Positions 48,238 through 58,337 of a stretch of DNA of 64,000 bases are shown here, one piece after another. Source of the DNA: a virus. The position numbers and the translations under genes were made by a program. A model generated the notes under the pieces. The model did no database searches. It was not told the DNA's origin and saw nothing but the letters and a program-made list of their open reading frames with translations. The stretch covers positions 1 through 64,000 of IMG/VR virus record IMGVR_UViG_3300009008_000029; one strand, given 5' to 3'. Position 1 is the stretch's first letter, and each line of letters begins with the position of its first letter.

Positions 48238-51200
48238 TGGCGGATAAGCCTGTTGACAAAAACCTGCTGCCGGGACTGCTTGAACAGAACCCCTCCCCTT
48301 GGAAGGAGGGCGGTCAGGACCGGAAGACCCGGATTCAAGAGCAGGTCGACCGGGTTATGGGCATCTTCCGTCAGTTGATCCCCAGCAACTATGTGAGTCG
48401 GGTTTCGGGTCCATGGTACATGACCCAGTTCCAAACAATCGCCGAACGCCTTGCCGATTTCCAGATCACCGCACAGGAGACATTCGCCGATAGTTCGCTC
48501 GATTACACCCGCCCGGAGGTGCTGTATCAGATCATCGGTGACCTGATTTTCCCAGAAGCCGAGAAGGGATACCCCACCCTTGAAGGTGACCTGACATATC
48601 GTGAGTTCCTGTACAACATGGTATCCCTCCTACTGGGTGGTTCGACTACCGAGGGCATGAAGGCTGGGATTGAGCTTCTGACAGAGGCCACGGTAGAGAT
48701 TATCGAGCGAGGGCGGCAAGCTCGGCTACTGGGAGACAATGCAGCGTGGGGGGCCGCTGACACTCACGTTGACGAGATCAATATCAGTCAGGAAGCGGCG
48801 ACCATTACGGTTGGGGACCAAGATATTGTCCTCTACCGTTTCCCGGAGGAGCCCTTCACACTCTACCGGAACGTCAAGCTCGTTTTGCGGGCGTTGAAGC
48901 CGGGCCACGTCATCTACAAGTATCGGCATCTGTTCCAAGATACTTTCGGCACCCTGTTCACCGAGTCCTCAAGTTGGTCAATGGACTCGTACTACTATCA
49001 GGATTTCCGGCGGTACTGGTTCGGGGCCGAGAAGATTACTGGGACAGCGGGTATCACTTGGACGGGCAATCGCAATGTCTTCAGTGACCATACAAGAGAT
49101 TTCTCAACGGTTCGTGCTGGGGCAACGCTTACGGTCACGACCGGGGTCAACTCGGTAGGCTCCTCCACAACGGATGAGTCCTATGTGGGACGGTACAAGG
49201 TAGCTTCGGTTCTTGCCTTCCTTCAAGATGACACGACCGCCCGTGCGTATACGACAGCCCCCACCGGTTTGTCTGGGACGGCTACGGTGTCCGGGGATGA
49301 AGTTACCGACAGTGAGCAAACCGACTGGGCTACCGTTGAGGAAGGTGAGGTACTAACCTTTACAGCGGGGCCAAACGCAGGTTCCTACCGAATCAAAGAC
49401 ATCTTGGGCCTCAACGGTGGTCCCGCCGGTTTCGCAACCTCGGCTACTGGGACGACAATCAGAATTGCACCTAGCATCCTTCGACTGAACCGCAGAATGG
49501 GTCTGGCTGCGACGGGTCAGTCTTACGAGGTGACCCTTGACCGGCTGGGTGTTCAGAATCCCAGAGAGGCCACCGAGGATGTGACTGAGTACTTCTTGGG
49601 TCCGGGTTCCGCCAAGGATAGCTTCTCAACCCGGCGTGGTCCTCTCGTCAAAGACTGGGGCAGCATGACCCCGGCGACGAAGAACGACGTTACGGTGACG
49701 GTTGATGATGTTGAGGTGACGGTTGAGTCTGTCAACCCCTTCACTGGGAAGGTGACGCTGGCTAGTTCCATTGGGCCTTTTGACCCGGCGGAGCCTGAGT
49801 CCACCGTTAGCATCACGTATAACTGGTTCCCCACACCGATTCTGCCTCTTTCGGAGTTGAACCTTGAGGGTGCGGTACTGGGACAGTGGGACATCCCGTT
49901 GGGACACCACTCTCCACCGGCCCACGGGGACCAGATTCAAGACGCTACGCACCCCAAGGGTGCCGTAGGGCTGTCCCGGTTCCCAATGTGCGTTGTTCTG
50001 GGGCCAGTAACACCCCTAGAACCGCTTTTGGTAAGCCACCGGTACATCGGCTTTGAGAAGGGCTACTCGGCCTTACTGAACAGTCCTACAACCCTCAAAT
50101 TGAACCAGAGCCCTTGGGTGAGTCAGATTCCGAGCTTCGACTACCCTACAGCGGGCGTGTCCGTAGCCTATGAGGGAGATGTACTCCCGACCGCCGCAAC
50201 GAACGCTTGGTCATTGGTTGGTTCCGATGCAGGAGGTTTGAACGGGGACGGGACAATCACGGTGAGCGACATCGTAGGGGCCGCACCGGACCCCGACTCC
50301 CTCAATGTCACGATGTATCAGCGTGAGGTTGATCTGTCCTTCCCGGCATCCCTCTACGTTGTGGGCCGCATGGACATCCTCAAATATGAGGCATCGGGTG
50401 TTTTCACGGGCGTCTCGATGGGGGTGCATGACAACAAACACCTCTATGCGATGGGTGCTCTGGAGTTTGATTCCGGGGATACCACTGTTGAGTCCGTAAA
50501 GGCTGTTGGTCTATTGACGGATGCAACCCGCCCGGATCTTCTGGCCAGTTGGGAGGTTGGACCCAAGGCAACGGGGAGTGTCACAGCCAGTGCTACGGTG
50601 AGTTTCACCACTACGGACATCCCGGATGGCGTTGAAGAGGACAGCAGATTCCAAATCCTGACTGGGACACAGGCTGGTGTGTATACGGTCTCCAGTATGG
50701 TGGAACAGACGGATGGGACGACCACCGTCACCGTCACACCTGATTTCCCCGCCAACTACCGGTTGTATGGAAACAAGACGGTTGTAGCGGTCTTTGAAAG
50801 CTGGGGTGTGAATCCGAATGCCGAGGGTGAGGTGTCCGCCTCGGACGTTGTGACCGTGACCACTACCGATATCCCAGTAGGGGCAGAGACTGACACCACT
50901 TTGGTTATCCCAAGGGGTGAACAGACTGGAACCTACACGATTACGGACCTGAAGGCACATCTGGACGGAACGACCTCTATCTATGTCTCACCCGCATTCC
51001 CGGCGGACTACAGCATTGAGGGAAACGCTGCCGTAACGATCATCTTCCAGATCAATACCGCAGACCCTGTGACCTACCGGCTCGTTGTAGACCCAGATCA
51101 GAAAACGGGAACTCTGATGGTCTCAGGGGCCATTACTGGGACGGTAGCCAGCTTAACGGGTGAAACCTCCTTGCCGAACCCTGCCGATGCGGGAGAGTTG

Positions 51201-53678
51201 TTCACGACAGATGAGAGGGGCCGGGTTTGGTGGGGGTCCATCAACTCCCTTGCGACTTCGGACACCTCATGGTCTTTCCTACGGTACGGCGTTGTCCCGG
51301 ACCAGACTGCCATTAGGGGGTATTCCACCTCCGTCAACACCGACATGACAGTCCTGCCGGAAGCAGACAGCCCAGAGTGGTATCTGGAAAGAGCCTACGG
51401 GTACTCCAAGATCGATTCAGGACTGCTCCTCAAATCAACTGCGGGGAGTAGTTCCTCTACCTTCTCCTATGATTACAAGAGGATCGAACCCTACGCAACG
51501 CCCGCCAGCAATATCGAACTGCGTGGAGAGTTGCAGGTTCAGACTGGGACATGCGGGAGTTTGGATGGTGGGATAACCCTGACGACAACGGAACGTCAGG
51601 TTGTACTGGGGACGCTCTTGTACAGCGAGAGCGGATTGCAGACTCCTTACCGTCAGTTGTTGGATATGCCTTTGACGAGTATGACCGCAGAGTACTCGCC
51701 TTTGGATCAAGGTTGGGTGTTGAACTCGGCGACCGGTTTGGAGGGTGAAACTCTGGGTCGGGATCTGGTACTTGCGGTCGAGGAGGAGCAAGCCAAGGTC
51801 TACCGCTCTTCCGTTGACAGTTCCCAGAGCCATTCCGGTTGGGTCTTTGAATCTCGCATGGCGGTTGATCTGGCTACGGGAGATCCCGGTTGGATTATGG
51901 GCCTCCTGACGGATGAGGCCAGCCTGTACCTGAAGTTGACGGGGCCGACCACACCGACAATCCAATTGGTCAAGACTGACGGGGATGTGGTGGTTCAGGA
52001 GTACTCGTTTGACTGGACCGATGAGGAGCTTCATTCCATCCGGCTCGTTGAGTCTTCCGGTGTGATCACGGTGTTCTTGGATGACACCGTGCAAGTTCCA
52101 ACTCTCACGACCGCTGATTTTGCACCGGACGTACCCCCGAGTCCCAACACATCCTACATTCTGTTCGGCACCTCAATAGCAGCGGGTGGGGCGGACGTGA
52201 CGACACGGTGGCGGTCAGCCTCTTTGTCCTTGCTACCCCCGTCCACAGCGAAGCGGACACTGGGGATTTGGAAGGGTGGTCTCCAGACTGACATTGATAA
52301 CTGGGAGATTCCCCGGACGGATACGAGTTCGGCTGCCAACTCGGAAGAGGTCGGTCCGGTCATTGAAGAGATCGACTGGCGGTCCTCAACAAAGGTCAGG
52401 CTGCTTTGGACCCCCGGTTGGGGCGTTACGATGTTCTTGCCGGATGAAGACCTGCCCCCGTACTACGACCTTGAGGAGGACGGGGTGGCTGGGACGGGGT
52501 ACATCCACGAGTCCAACCAGCCTTCAGCGGGTTGGATTAATGTGGAGCAACCCAACATTCCGGTACACACCAGCACCTTTGGGGGTGTTTCGTTCGGGGC
52601 GTTGAACCCCAGTGCCGTAACTCAGCAGAAATGGGCTGACATCCGGTACACCATCTTCCGGGAAGCCTCTGGGGACCACAAATCCCCGGAACACATGGTG
52701 CTGAACCAGTTCAATGTGATCACCAGTGGTGAGATGCTTCGGGATGTGACGTTGGAGTCCGAAGCTATTCAGGTGGTTGACACCTCAACCCTGAACCTCC
52801 GTCCCTGCCACATCAATGCAAAGGACGTGTACACGGTCGTAGACGGGAGTTCCACCTATGATCGTTCGTACTGGTCCTTTGACCCGGAGACCCAAACGGT
52901 CACGATGAACGAAGGGTTCACCTTCTCTTCGGCGACAGCAACGGTGACCGTATTCTTCATCCCCAGCAAGCCGGTGACGACAACATACCTCCAGAAACAA
53001 CCTTTGGCGGACGGTGTGACCCAGTTGAATGAGGGGACACCTCCAGTACCCAAAGGTCAACTTGCTGAAGCCTCCCTGTTTGATTCCTCCGGCGAACTGC
53101 TGGAGGTTGAGGGGGCGTTGATCGATGACGACACGGATGAGTTGGACAAGGTTGTTGCCCCGCAGGACGATCCAGATGCTCTATACGAGAGCATGGAGTT
53201 CATCGAGGTCACCAATGATGGCCTCACGGGACTGATTACGACCATCAACGAGGGCCAGCTTGCCGAGGGTACTACCGGATACAGTTCTCTTGAGGGTGAG
53301 ACAGTCTACAGCCCGGAGGGTACGGGGGCATCACTGGGTGGTGTTGGATGTTGTGAGGGACTGAAAGCAACGGACACGAAGGTGGGTGCCGTTTCCGGGG
53401 GCCATGTCCTAGGTCTTGAAGGGACATCGTACTGGGACAAGGGCAGGACACTAAATGACCACGGGTTACCTCAAGTTGGAGGTGTCCCCGGTGGTAGTAT
53501 GACAAGTGGTATCTGCGGGCCGGTAGATGCTGGTCTGATGTATTGCAATAACGCCCAGAAGGGTGCTCCCGGACCCGGCCCAGTGACGAATGGGATGGGG
53601 GCTGCCCGGATGACGTTGAAGGATACCGAGACGGGAGATATTACCTCTTGGCTCGTTGAAGCCGATCCCCCCTTGTAG
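48237..53678 (+). CDS. baseplate wedge protein, gpI/gp7-like N-terminus with long beta-rich extension
   Basis: QLIPSNY...YREFL...LL.GST.EG...GIELLT...LRALKPGH pattern, following the J-like gene. Confidence 0.65.
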   Translation: MADKPVDKNLLPGLLEQNPSPWKEGGQDRKTRIQEQVDRVMGIFRQLIPSNYVSRVSGPWYMTQFQTIAERLADFQITAQETFADSSLDYTRPEVLYQIIGDLIFPEAEKGYPTLEGDLTYREFLYNMVSLLLGGSTTEGMKAGIELLTEATVEIIERGRQARLLGDNAAWGAADTHVDEINISQEAATITVGDQDIVLYRFPEEPFTLYRNVKLVLRALKPGHVIYKYRHLFQDTFGTLFTESSSWSMDSYYYQDFRRYWFGAEKITGTAGITWTGNRNVFSDHTRDFSTVRAGATLTVTTGVNSVGSSTTDESYVGRYKVASVLAFLQDDTTARAYTTAPTGLSGTATVSGDEVTDSEQTDWATVEEGEVLTFTAGPNAGSYRIKDILGLNGGPAGFATSATGTTIRIAPSILRLNRRMGLAATGQSYEVTLDRLGVQNPREATEDVTEYFLGPGSAKDSFSTRRGPLVKDWGSMTPATKNDVTVTVDDVEVTVESVNPFTGKVTLASSIGPFDPAEPESTVSITYNWFPTPILPLSELNLEGAVLGQWDIPLGHHSPPAHGDQIQDATHPKGAVGLSRFPMCVVLGPVTPLEPLLVSHRYIGFEKGYSALLNSPTTLKLNQSPWVSQIPSFDYPTAGVSVAYEGDVLPTAATNAWSLVGSDAGGLNGDGTITVSDIVGAAPDPDSLNVTMYQREVDLSFPASLYVVGRMDILKYEASGVFTGVSMGVHDNKHLYAMGALEFDSGDTTVESVKAVGLLTDATRPDLLASWEVGPKATGSVTASATVSFTTTDIPDGVEEDSRFQILTGTQAGVYTVSSMVEQTDGTTTVTVTPDFPANYRLYGNKTVVAVFESWGVNPNAEGEVSASDVVTVTTTDIPVGAETDTTLVIPRGEQTGTYTITDLKAHLDGTTSIYVSPAFPADYSIEGNAAVTIIFQINTADPVTYRLVVDPDQKTGTLMVSGAITGTVASLTGETSLPNPADAGELFTTDERGRVWWGSINSLATSDTSWSFLRYGVVPDQTAIRGYSTSVNTDMTVLPEADSPEWYLERAYGYSKIDSGLLLKSTAGSSSSTFSYDYKRIEPYATPASNIELRGELQVQTGTCGSLDGGITLTTTERQVVLGTLLYSESGLQTPYRQLLDMPLTSMTAEYSPLDQGWVLNSATGLEGETLGRDLVLAVEEEQAKVYRSSVDSSQSHSGWVFESRMAVDLATGDPGWIMGLLTDEASLYLKLTGPTTPTIQLVKTDGDVVVQEYSFDWTDEELHSIRLVESSGVITVFLDDTVQVPTLTTADFAPDVPPSPNTSYILFGTSIAAGGADVTTRWRSASLSLLPPSTAKRTLGIWKGGLQTDIDNWEIPRTDTSSAANSEEVGPVIEEIDWRSSTKVRLLWTPGWGVTMFLPDEDLPPYYDLEEDGVAGTGYIHESNQPSAGWINVEQPNIPVHTSTFGGVSFGALNPSAVTQQKWADIRYTIFREASGDHKSPEHMVLNQFNVITSGEMLRDVTLESEAIQVVDTSTLNLRPCHINAKDVYTVVDGSSTYDRSYWSFDPETQTVTMNEGFTFSSATATVTVFFIPSKPVTTTYLQKQPLADGVTQLNEGTPPVPKGQLAEASLFDSSGELLEVEGALIDDDTDELDKVVAPQDDPDALYESMEFIEVTNDGLTGLITTINEGQLAEGTTGYSSLEGETVYSPEGTGASLGGVGCCEGLKATDTKVGAVSGGHVLGLEGTSYWDKGRTLNDHGLPQVGGVPGGSMTSGICGPVDAGLMYCNNAQKGAPGPGPVTNGMGAARMTLKDTETGDITSWLVEADPPL
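50562..51053 (+). repeat. tandem duplication of an 84-aa module within the wedge protein
   Basis: PKATGSVTAS..V.FTTTDIP.G.E.D...G.Q.G.YT...DGTT...V.P.FPA.Y...GN starts at 50562 and recurs at 50814 (252-nt period). Confidence 0.85.
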
Positions 53679-53709
53679 CGGTAAAACGCCTATCTGATAA
53701 GGGGGGTAG
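53679..53709 (+). promoter_or_regulatory. putative phage late-promoter motif, copy 4 (CGGT-N7-CTAT-N13-TAG)
   Basis: Fills the 49-bp gap upstream of the 218-aa gene. Confidence 0.55.
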
Positions 53710-53727
53710 GGCGTCAGGAGGACGGCG

Positions 53728-54384
53728 ATGATCCAGCGGGAGCACCTGAGACAGATACGGCAAGGAGTCAAAATGGGGATGAATATGGGCACTCACGTTG
53801 AAGCCGAGGTCTTGACGGACCGGGCGGAGGGCGTGTTTTACTTCAAGATGACGGATGCCCGGTCCGGTGATGTCCTGAAAGAGTGGACGGCCAAGAACCG
53901 TATCACAAGGGATGCTGGTATTCTGGTTGCCCGTTTGTTGAAGGATAGCACCAGCCCGAACGCCGGGGTCAACAACGGCCTCAAGATGCTTGCCATCGGG
54001 ACGGGGGCGACGGGCAACATTCTGTCGCCAGACTCACCGCAGGATACGCAACGGAAGCTGAACACAGAGATCGCCCGCAAAGCCTTCTCGACTACCCAGT
54101 TCAGGAATGCAGCGGGCATCGCAGTGTCTATCCCGACCAACATCGTAGATTACACCGTTGTTTTCGGTGAGGCCGAAGCGGTCGGGGCGTTGAACGAGAT
54201 GGCCCTCATCAGTCCATACTCGGCGGACCCTGAGACCACGAATCCGATTGACAACGGGCCGGACGATTATGATGCGACGATTGACGTGAGTGCGTTGGAC
54301 CTGATGGCCAACTACCTGACGTTCCCGGTCGTGTCCAAACCCAGTACCGCCATCCTGACGATCACTTGGAGGATCACGGCCTGA
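53728..54384 (+). CDS. tail-collar/fibre attachment-like protein
   Basis: KNRIT..AG...LAIGTG...KL..EI.RK...EA.G.LNEMAL...TFP.VSK...LTITWRI pattern typical of fibre N-terminal/attachment domains. AGGAGG RBS. Confidence 0.65.
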   Translation: MIQREHLRQIRQGVKMGMNMGTHVEAEVLTDRAEGVFYFKMTDARSGDVLKEWTAKNRITRDAGILVARLLKDSTSPNAGVNNGLKMLAIGTGATGNILSPDSPQDTQRKLNTEIARKAFSTTQFRNAAGIAVSIPTNIVDYTVVFGEAEAVGALNEMALISPYSADPETTNPIDNGPDDYDATIDVSALDLMANYLTFPVVSKPSTAILTITWRITA

Positions 54385-54767
54385 TGACCACGGAACTTGA
54401 AAGAAAGTGGTTCGGAAAGGTCGGATACCCGGTACGGGATGACGACGTGACCGAGACCTTCAAGGTCACAGCGAGTCCGAAGGTCATGGAACGCTTCAAG
54501 CGGTTCCTGACATTTCTAGCCTACAATGGCGGGCACAGCGGGATTTTTGGGCTGTATTTCGACGGTGATGGTTCGGATTTTCTGCGGGTCGAACCCAAAC
54601 TGGACAGGAAATACACCAAAGGGATGCATGCCATCGGCGGCACTGGGGCAGATGTAGAGATTGCGGGGGGTGAAGGCTACTCGGGCCGGTTCCTTGATTG
54701 GGATCGTGCTTCTTGGTCTGCTGCGGATGATAGCAAGGAAGCACATAAAGAGGGTGAGGCTGAGTAA
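54384..54767 (+). CDS. hypothetical protein (127 aa)
   Basis: Coupled TGATG/TAATG. Start moved to ATG 54384. No family recognised. Confidence 0.6.
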   Translation: MTTELERKWFGKVGYPVRDDDVTETFKVTASPKVMERFKRFLTFLAYNGGHSGIFGLYFDGDGSDFLRVEPKLDRKYTKGMHAIGGTGADVEIAGGEGYSGRFLDWDRASWSAADDSKEAHKEGEAE

Positions 54768-57700
54768 TGGCCATAAAGGACTACGACAAACACTTTGAGG
54801 GTCTAGCCGATCCGGGTTGTGTCATCGAGACACCAAATACGGTGTCTCGTAGCCTAGCTGTAGGAGACCGTTCCTTCCAGACCGCCGTTTGGCAATCCGG
54901 GAAACCGATTCTGGATTCGGACCTTCTCCTTGGGCAAGACATCCGGGAATGGAACCAACGTATGTTCCGTCGGTGGCAGATCCCCTCTGGGTGGCTGCGT
55001 GCAACGGGTCACTTTGACGTTCGGAACGACTACACACTGGGGACGGCACCGACGGGTATTTCGGACAACCTCCCCTCTGGTGGCGATGCCTCCATCAATG
55101 TCGCCGATGACACCCTCATCAACACTATCGTCCTCCCCCGGCTTGAAGCAGCGATTGCCGGGATGCCCTTGGTCGTTGAGAACACCTACACCGAGACCTC
55201 GGGCTACAACCTGATTGCACTGGAAGCCCCAACCATCTACGACGGCACCTCCGATACCGTCAAGCGTACCGATTTTGTCTTTGTTGAGGCATGGCTCGCA
55301 CTGGTAGCACCCAGCCCGGCGGCCACCGGATATGTTGAGATTGCTTCCAATGATGATCTGGAGGCCGGGGACAAGATTACCATTGACGGGAATGACCTGA
55401 CCGCAGTAGCAGGAGCACCCGGAATAGATCAGTTCCAGATTGGTGCCTCGGCTGTGGTCACCGCCGAGAACATCGCCACCGCAATCAACACTACAACCAA
55501 CTCCTTTGAGGAGATTGTCTACGGGCGAGCCTCAGAGGGGGTCGTTTACCTAACCGCAATTACGGTCGGGACGGCAGGAAACGCCATCACTTTGTCCGTG
55601 ACCGTCACAACACCGGGAACAATGGTTGCGTCTGGCGCAACCTTGACCGGGGGTGCGACTCGCCCCAGCAAGCCTTCTACGGCACAGGACAAGATTTACC
55701 CGCACGGGAACGTCATGTCGCCGGAGAACACATGGTTGGACGATGATCTGGTAGACCCAACCTTGCGGCTGGAGAGCACCCAGAGAGTTCAACTTCAATA
55801 CCGCATCCGGGTGACGGGTGCGACGGAAGCTGTCAATTACAAGACGCACCCGGATGGCTTCTCAAACCGTTCAGGGGGTCTGCCCACTATCAAGGCTATG
55901 GGCGGAGGATCTTCCGTAGTAGACGATTACCCCTTCATTCCAGCAGACGGTTCCAGCACATGGATCAGTAGCTCTGCTGCGGCTTACGGTCTCGTAGATG
56001 ATGGCTTGTGGGTTGCGGGGGATGGCACAACGACATCGGCAGAGGCACTGGGGGCGTTGGATGGTTACGTCTATGCGATTCCGATTTGCTTCATCCACCG
56101 TCACAATGATTGTTCCGATGAGACTGCTGGGGTGCAGGGGTTCGATCCGCTGGTGAATACGAATGGGGGGCCGACATACCTCCATGATGAGTTCACTGGG
56201 CAGCTAGGCACCGTCCCGGTAGGGGCTTCCGACCGACCGGATGGGAATTTCTGCGATGTCATTGTGGACTCCAACATTCTGGACCTCCGGCGTCATGTCA
56301 TGATGGCGGGGTTGGATTCGGCGAGCGAGTTGAGCTACCAGATTCAGTCCTTGCTGGACGGGACGATGAAGACATGGTCCATCGATACCGCTTCCAAGCA
56401 GGAACTGGGGGACGGGTCCGGCGACGTGTCGGTTCAGTACCTTGTCTGCGATGAGGTGGGGCGAAGCACGGCTCATAACGGCAACGGTACGACATCTGGT
56501 ACGACTACCCGTGGCGAGTTCATCCGTGAGTTTGATCATATCGCCCGGCGGTTTGCGGACCAGTCCATCATCGAGCGTGTTGTCATCAGCTTCTATCCGG
56601 GAGACCGTGCAGAGGGTCCGGTTGTAGCACCCGGCACCATCAATCCCGGCAAGTATGTCACGAAGGTAGCGGGGGAGAGTTCTACTACTTGGTATGACGG
56701 GGATGTACTCCATCTGGATCTGTCGAACCTCGATTCCTCTACACTGGGGACCATCTTTGACGGTCGGGACGGTGCGGGGGCAACCTACGATACGGGACTG
56801 CCTATCAGCGAGGTTCTGCCGGAGGGGACGGTGATTACGGATGTTCTTTCCGCCTATCACGATGATGGAAATTTCACCGCTGCGATTGAGCAGTCAGTTG
56901 AGATGTCCGTTGTCAAAGGTCTGGGTACACTCCACTTAGCGGTCACACTGGATGCAAATGACCGTGAGGCTACCGGTGGGATTGATGCTGCGGCCTATAA
57001 GGTGGTTGAGTCCAATACGGGAGATGACGGGTCGCCCCGGCGGATCTTCCTTGAGGTAGAGATCACATATCCCATTGGTTCCGGGACAACGGATCACCCC
57101 GATTTGGAACTGACCCCTACTCCGGCAATGTACGACGGTTCCGGCACGACCGGTCAGGTTCCCGGTCCGGGGCCAGTGATCGAGGACGATGCCGACCAGA
57201 GACCCAATGATTTGAATGCACTGATGGCTCCCCGGTTCCGTGAGGGTTACCGGGAGGTTGGGCTGGAGTACATCCCGAATGATACCGTCACCCATGACCC
57301 GGCGGAGAAACGGACCAGTGAGAAGGTGGGTTCAAATGTGGACACCACGGAGACCCTCGTAAGCCGGGGTATCCGTACCCTCTACTTCCCACGACGTATC
57401 TGGGGGAGTTCTACGGTGGCCAACAACCCGGTCGTGACCGATACGGTGGCTGCGGCTGCTGTACCAGTAGATGACACCCTTACGGAATATGGGAGTAGTT
57501 CCCGGAAGCTGATTTTGGATGATGCCTTGTCAGCGGCTCAGACGTTGTGCGAGGTTGAATACTACCCGCAAGACCCGATCCCCAACTACGGTGCTCTAGG
57601 CGGCGGTTACCAGTTGAGTGTCTACTATCGGAGTAATGCTCCTCAGACCGCCGGAGTGAAGGAAGGTGCTATCGGTACGGGTGAGACCGGTGTGATTCCG

Positions 57701-58324
57701 ACAACCTTGAATGTCGAGCCTCTGGCACTGGGTTCCGTCTTGTGGACAGGTCAGGTGAGTTCCGGGTCCGTTGATCAGGCTTACCCTTACGGCCAACCGC
57801 TGGATCAGATTCCCATCAATGATGGGGCTTCACCCTCGATCCGTGAGTGGTTCTTCTGTGCCACGGCGAATATCAGCATTGACGATTTCAATGCTGAGAC
57901 GGGGTTGTTGAATCTGCACCCCTTCACCGCTCCTGATGGGCAGAGTCTGTTCCAGTTTGGCGGGACGGATAATGCCCGCAAGCCCCGCAAGGATGCTGAG
58001 TTGCGGGCCTATTACCCCTTTGCCGCCGATTGGGTGTACCGACCTACAATTCTGTCCCAGCCTTTGTACGGTTCGGTCAGGCACAAGGTCATCTACCCCA
58101 TGCTGGTGAGGATCACAGAGGAAGTTGCGGGGACGGACGGTGGGTTGCTGTTCCGCAAGAACGAGGTTGCCTTGATGGTGTTGACCCGGTTTGCGGAACT
58201 GGATGAAGAGAACGACGTCCGGTTTACGGATGCGGACAACACAACCTGTGCGGCCTTGTACCGCAGCAGGAATCTGCTGATGGTTGTGGGCGATAAGACG
58301 ACTGCGGTCCCCGCAGAAAGTTGA
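54767..58324 (+). CDS. virion structural protein (baseplate/fibre-associated, 1185 aa)
   Basis: F..AVWQSGKPILDSDL...QD N-terminus, RTDFVFVEAW and TQRVQLQYRIRV motifs, seen in myovirus baseplate-peripheral proteins. Confidence 0.6.
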   Translation: MAIKDYDKHFEGLADPGCVIETPNTVSRSLAVGDRSFQTAVWQSGKPILDSDLLLGQDIREWNQRMFRRWQIPSGWLRATGHFDVRNDYTLGTAPTGISDNLPSGGDASINVADDTLINTIVLPRLEAAIAGMPLVVENTYTETSGYNLIALEAPTIYDGTSDTVKRTDFVFVEAWLALVAPSPAATGYVEIASNDDLEAGDKITIDGNDLTAVAGAPGIDQFQIGASAVVTAENIATAINTTTNSFEEIVYGRASEGVVYLTAITVGTAGNAITLSVTVTTPGTMVASGATLTGGATRPSKPSTAQDKIYPHGNVMSPENTWLDDDLVDPTLRLESTQRVQLQYRIRVTGATEAVNYKTHPDGFSNRSGGLPTIKAMGGGSSVVDDYPFIPADGSSTWISSSAAAYGLVDDGLWVAGDGTTTSAEALGALDGYVYAIPICFIHRHNDCSDETAGVQGFDPLVNTNGGPTYLHDEFTGQLGTVPVGASDRPDGNFCDVIVDSNILDLRRHVMMAGLDSASELSYQIQSLLDGTMKTWSIDTASKQELGDGSGDVSVQYLVCDEVGRSTAHNGNGTTSGTTTRGEFIREFDHIARRFADQSIIERVVISFYPGDRAEGPVVAPGTINPGKYVTKVAGESSTTWYDGDVLHLDLSNLDSSTLGTIFDGRDGAGATYDTGLPISEVLPEGTVITDVLSAYHDDGNFTAAIEQSVEMSVVKGLGTLHLAVTLDANDREATGGIDAAAYKVVESNTGDDGSPRRIFLEVEITYPIGSGTTDHPDLELTPTPAMYDGSGTTGQVPGPGPVIEDDADQRPNDLNALMAPRFREGYREVGLEYIPNDTVTHDPAEKRTSEKVGSNVDTTETLVSRGIRTLYFPRRIWGSSTVANNPVVTDTVAAAAVPVDDTLTEYGSSSRKLILDDALSAAQTLCEVEYYPQDPIPNYGALGGGYQLSVYYRSNAPQTAGVKEGAIGTGETGVIPTTLNVEPLALGSVLWTGQVSSGSVDQAYPYGQPLDQIPINDGASPSIREWFFCATANISIDDFNAETGLLNLHPFTAPDGQSLFQFGGTDNARKPRKDAELRAYYPFAADWVYRPTILSQPLYGSVRHKVIYPMLVRITEEVAGTDGGLLFRKNEVALMVLTRFAELDEENDVRFTDADNTTCAALYRSRNLLMVVGDKTTAVPAES

Positions 58325-58337
58325 TAGGGAGACGGAT

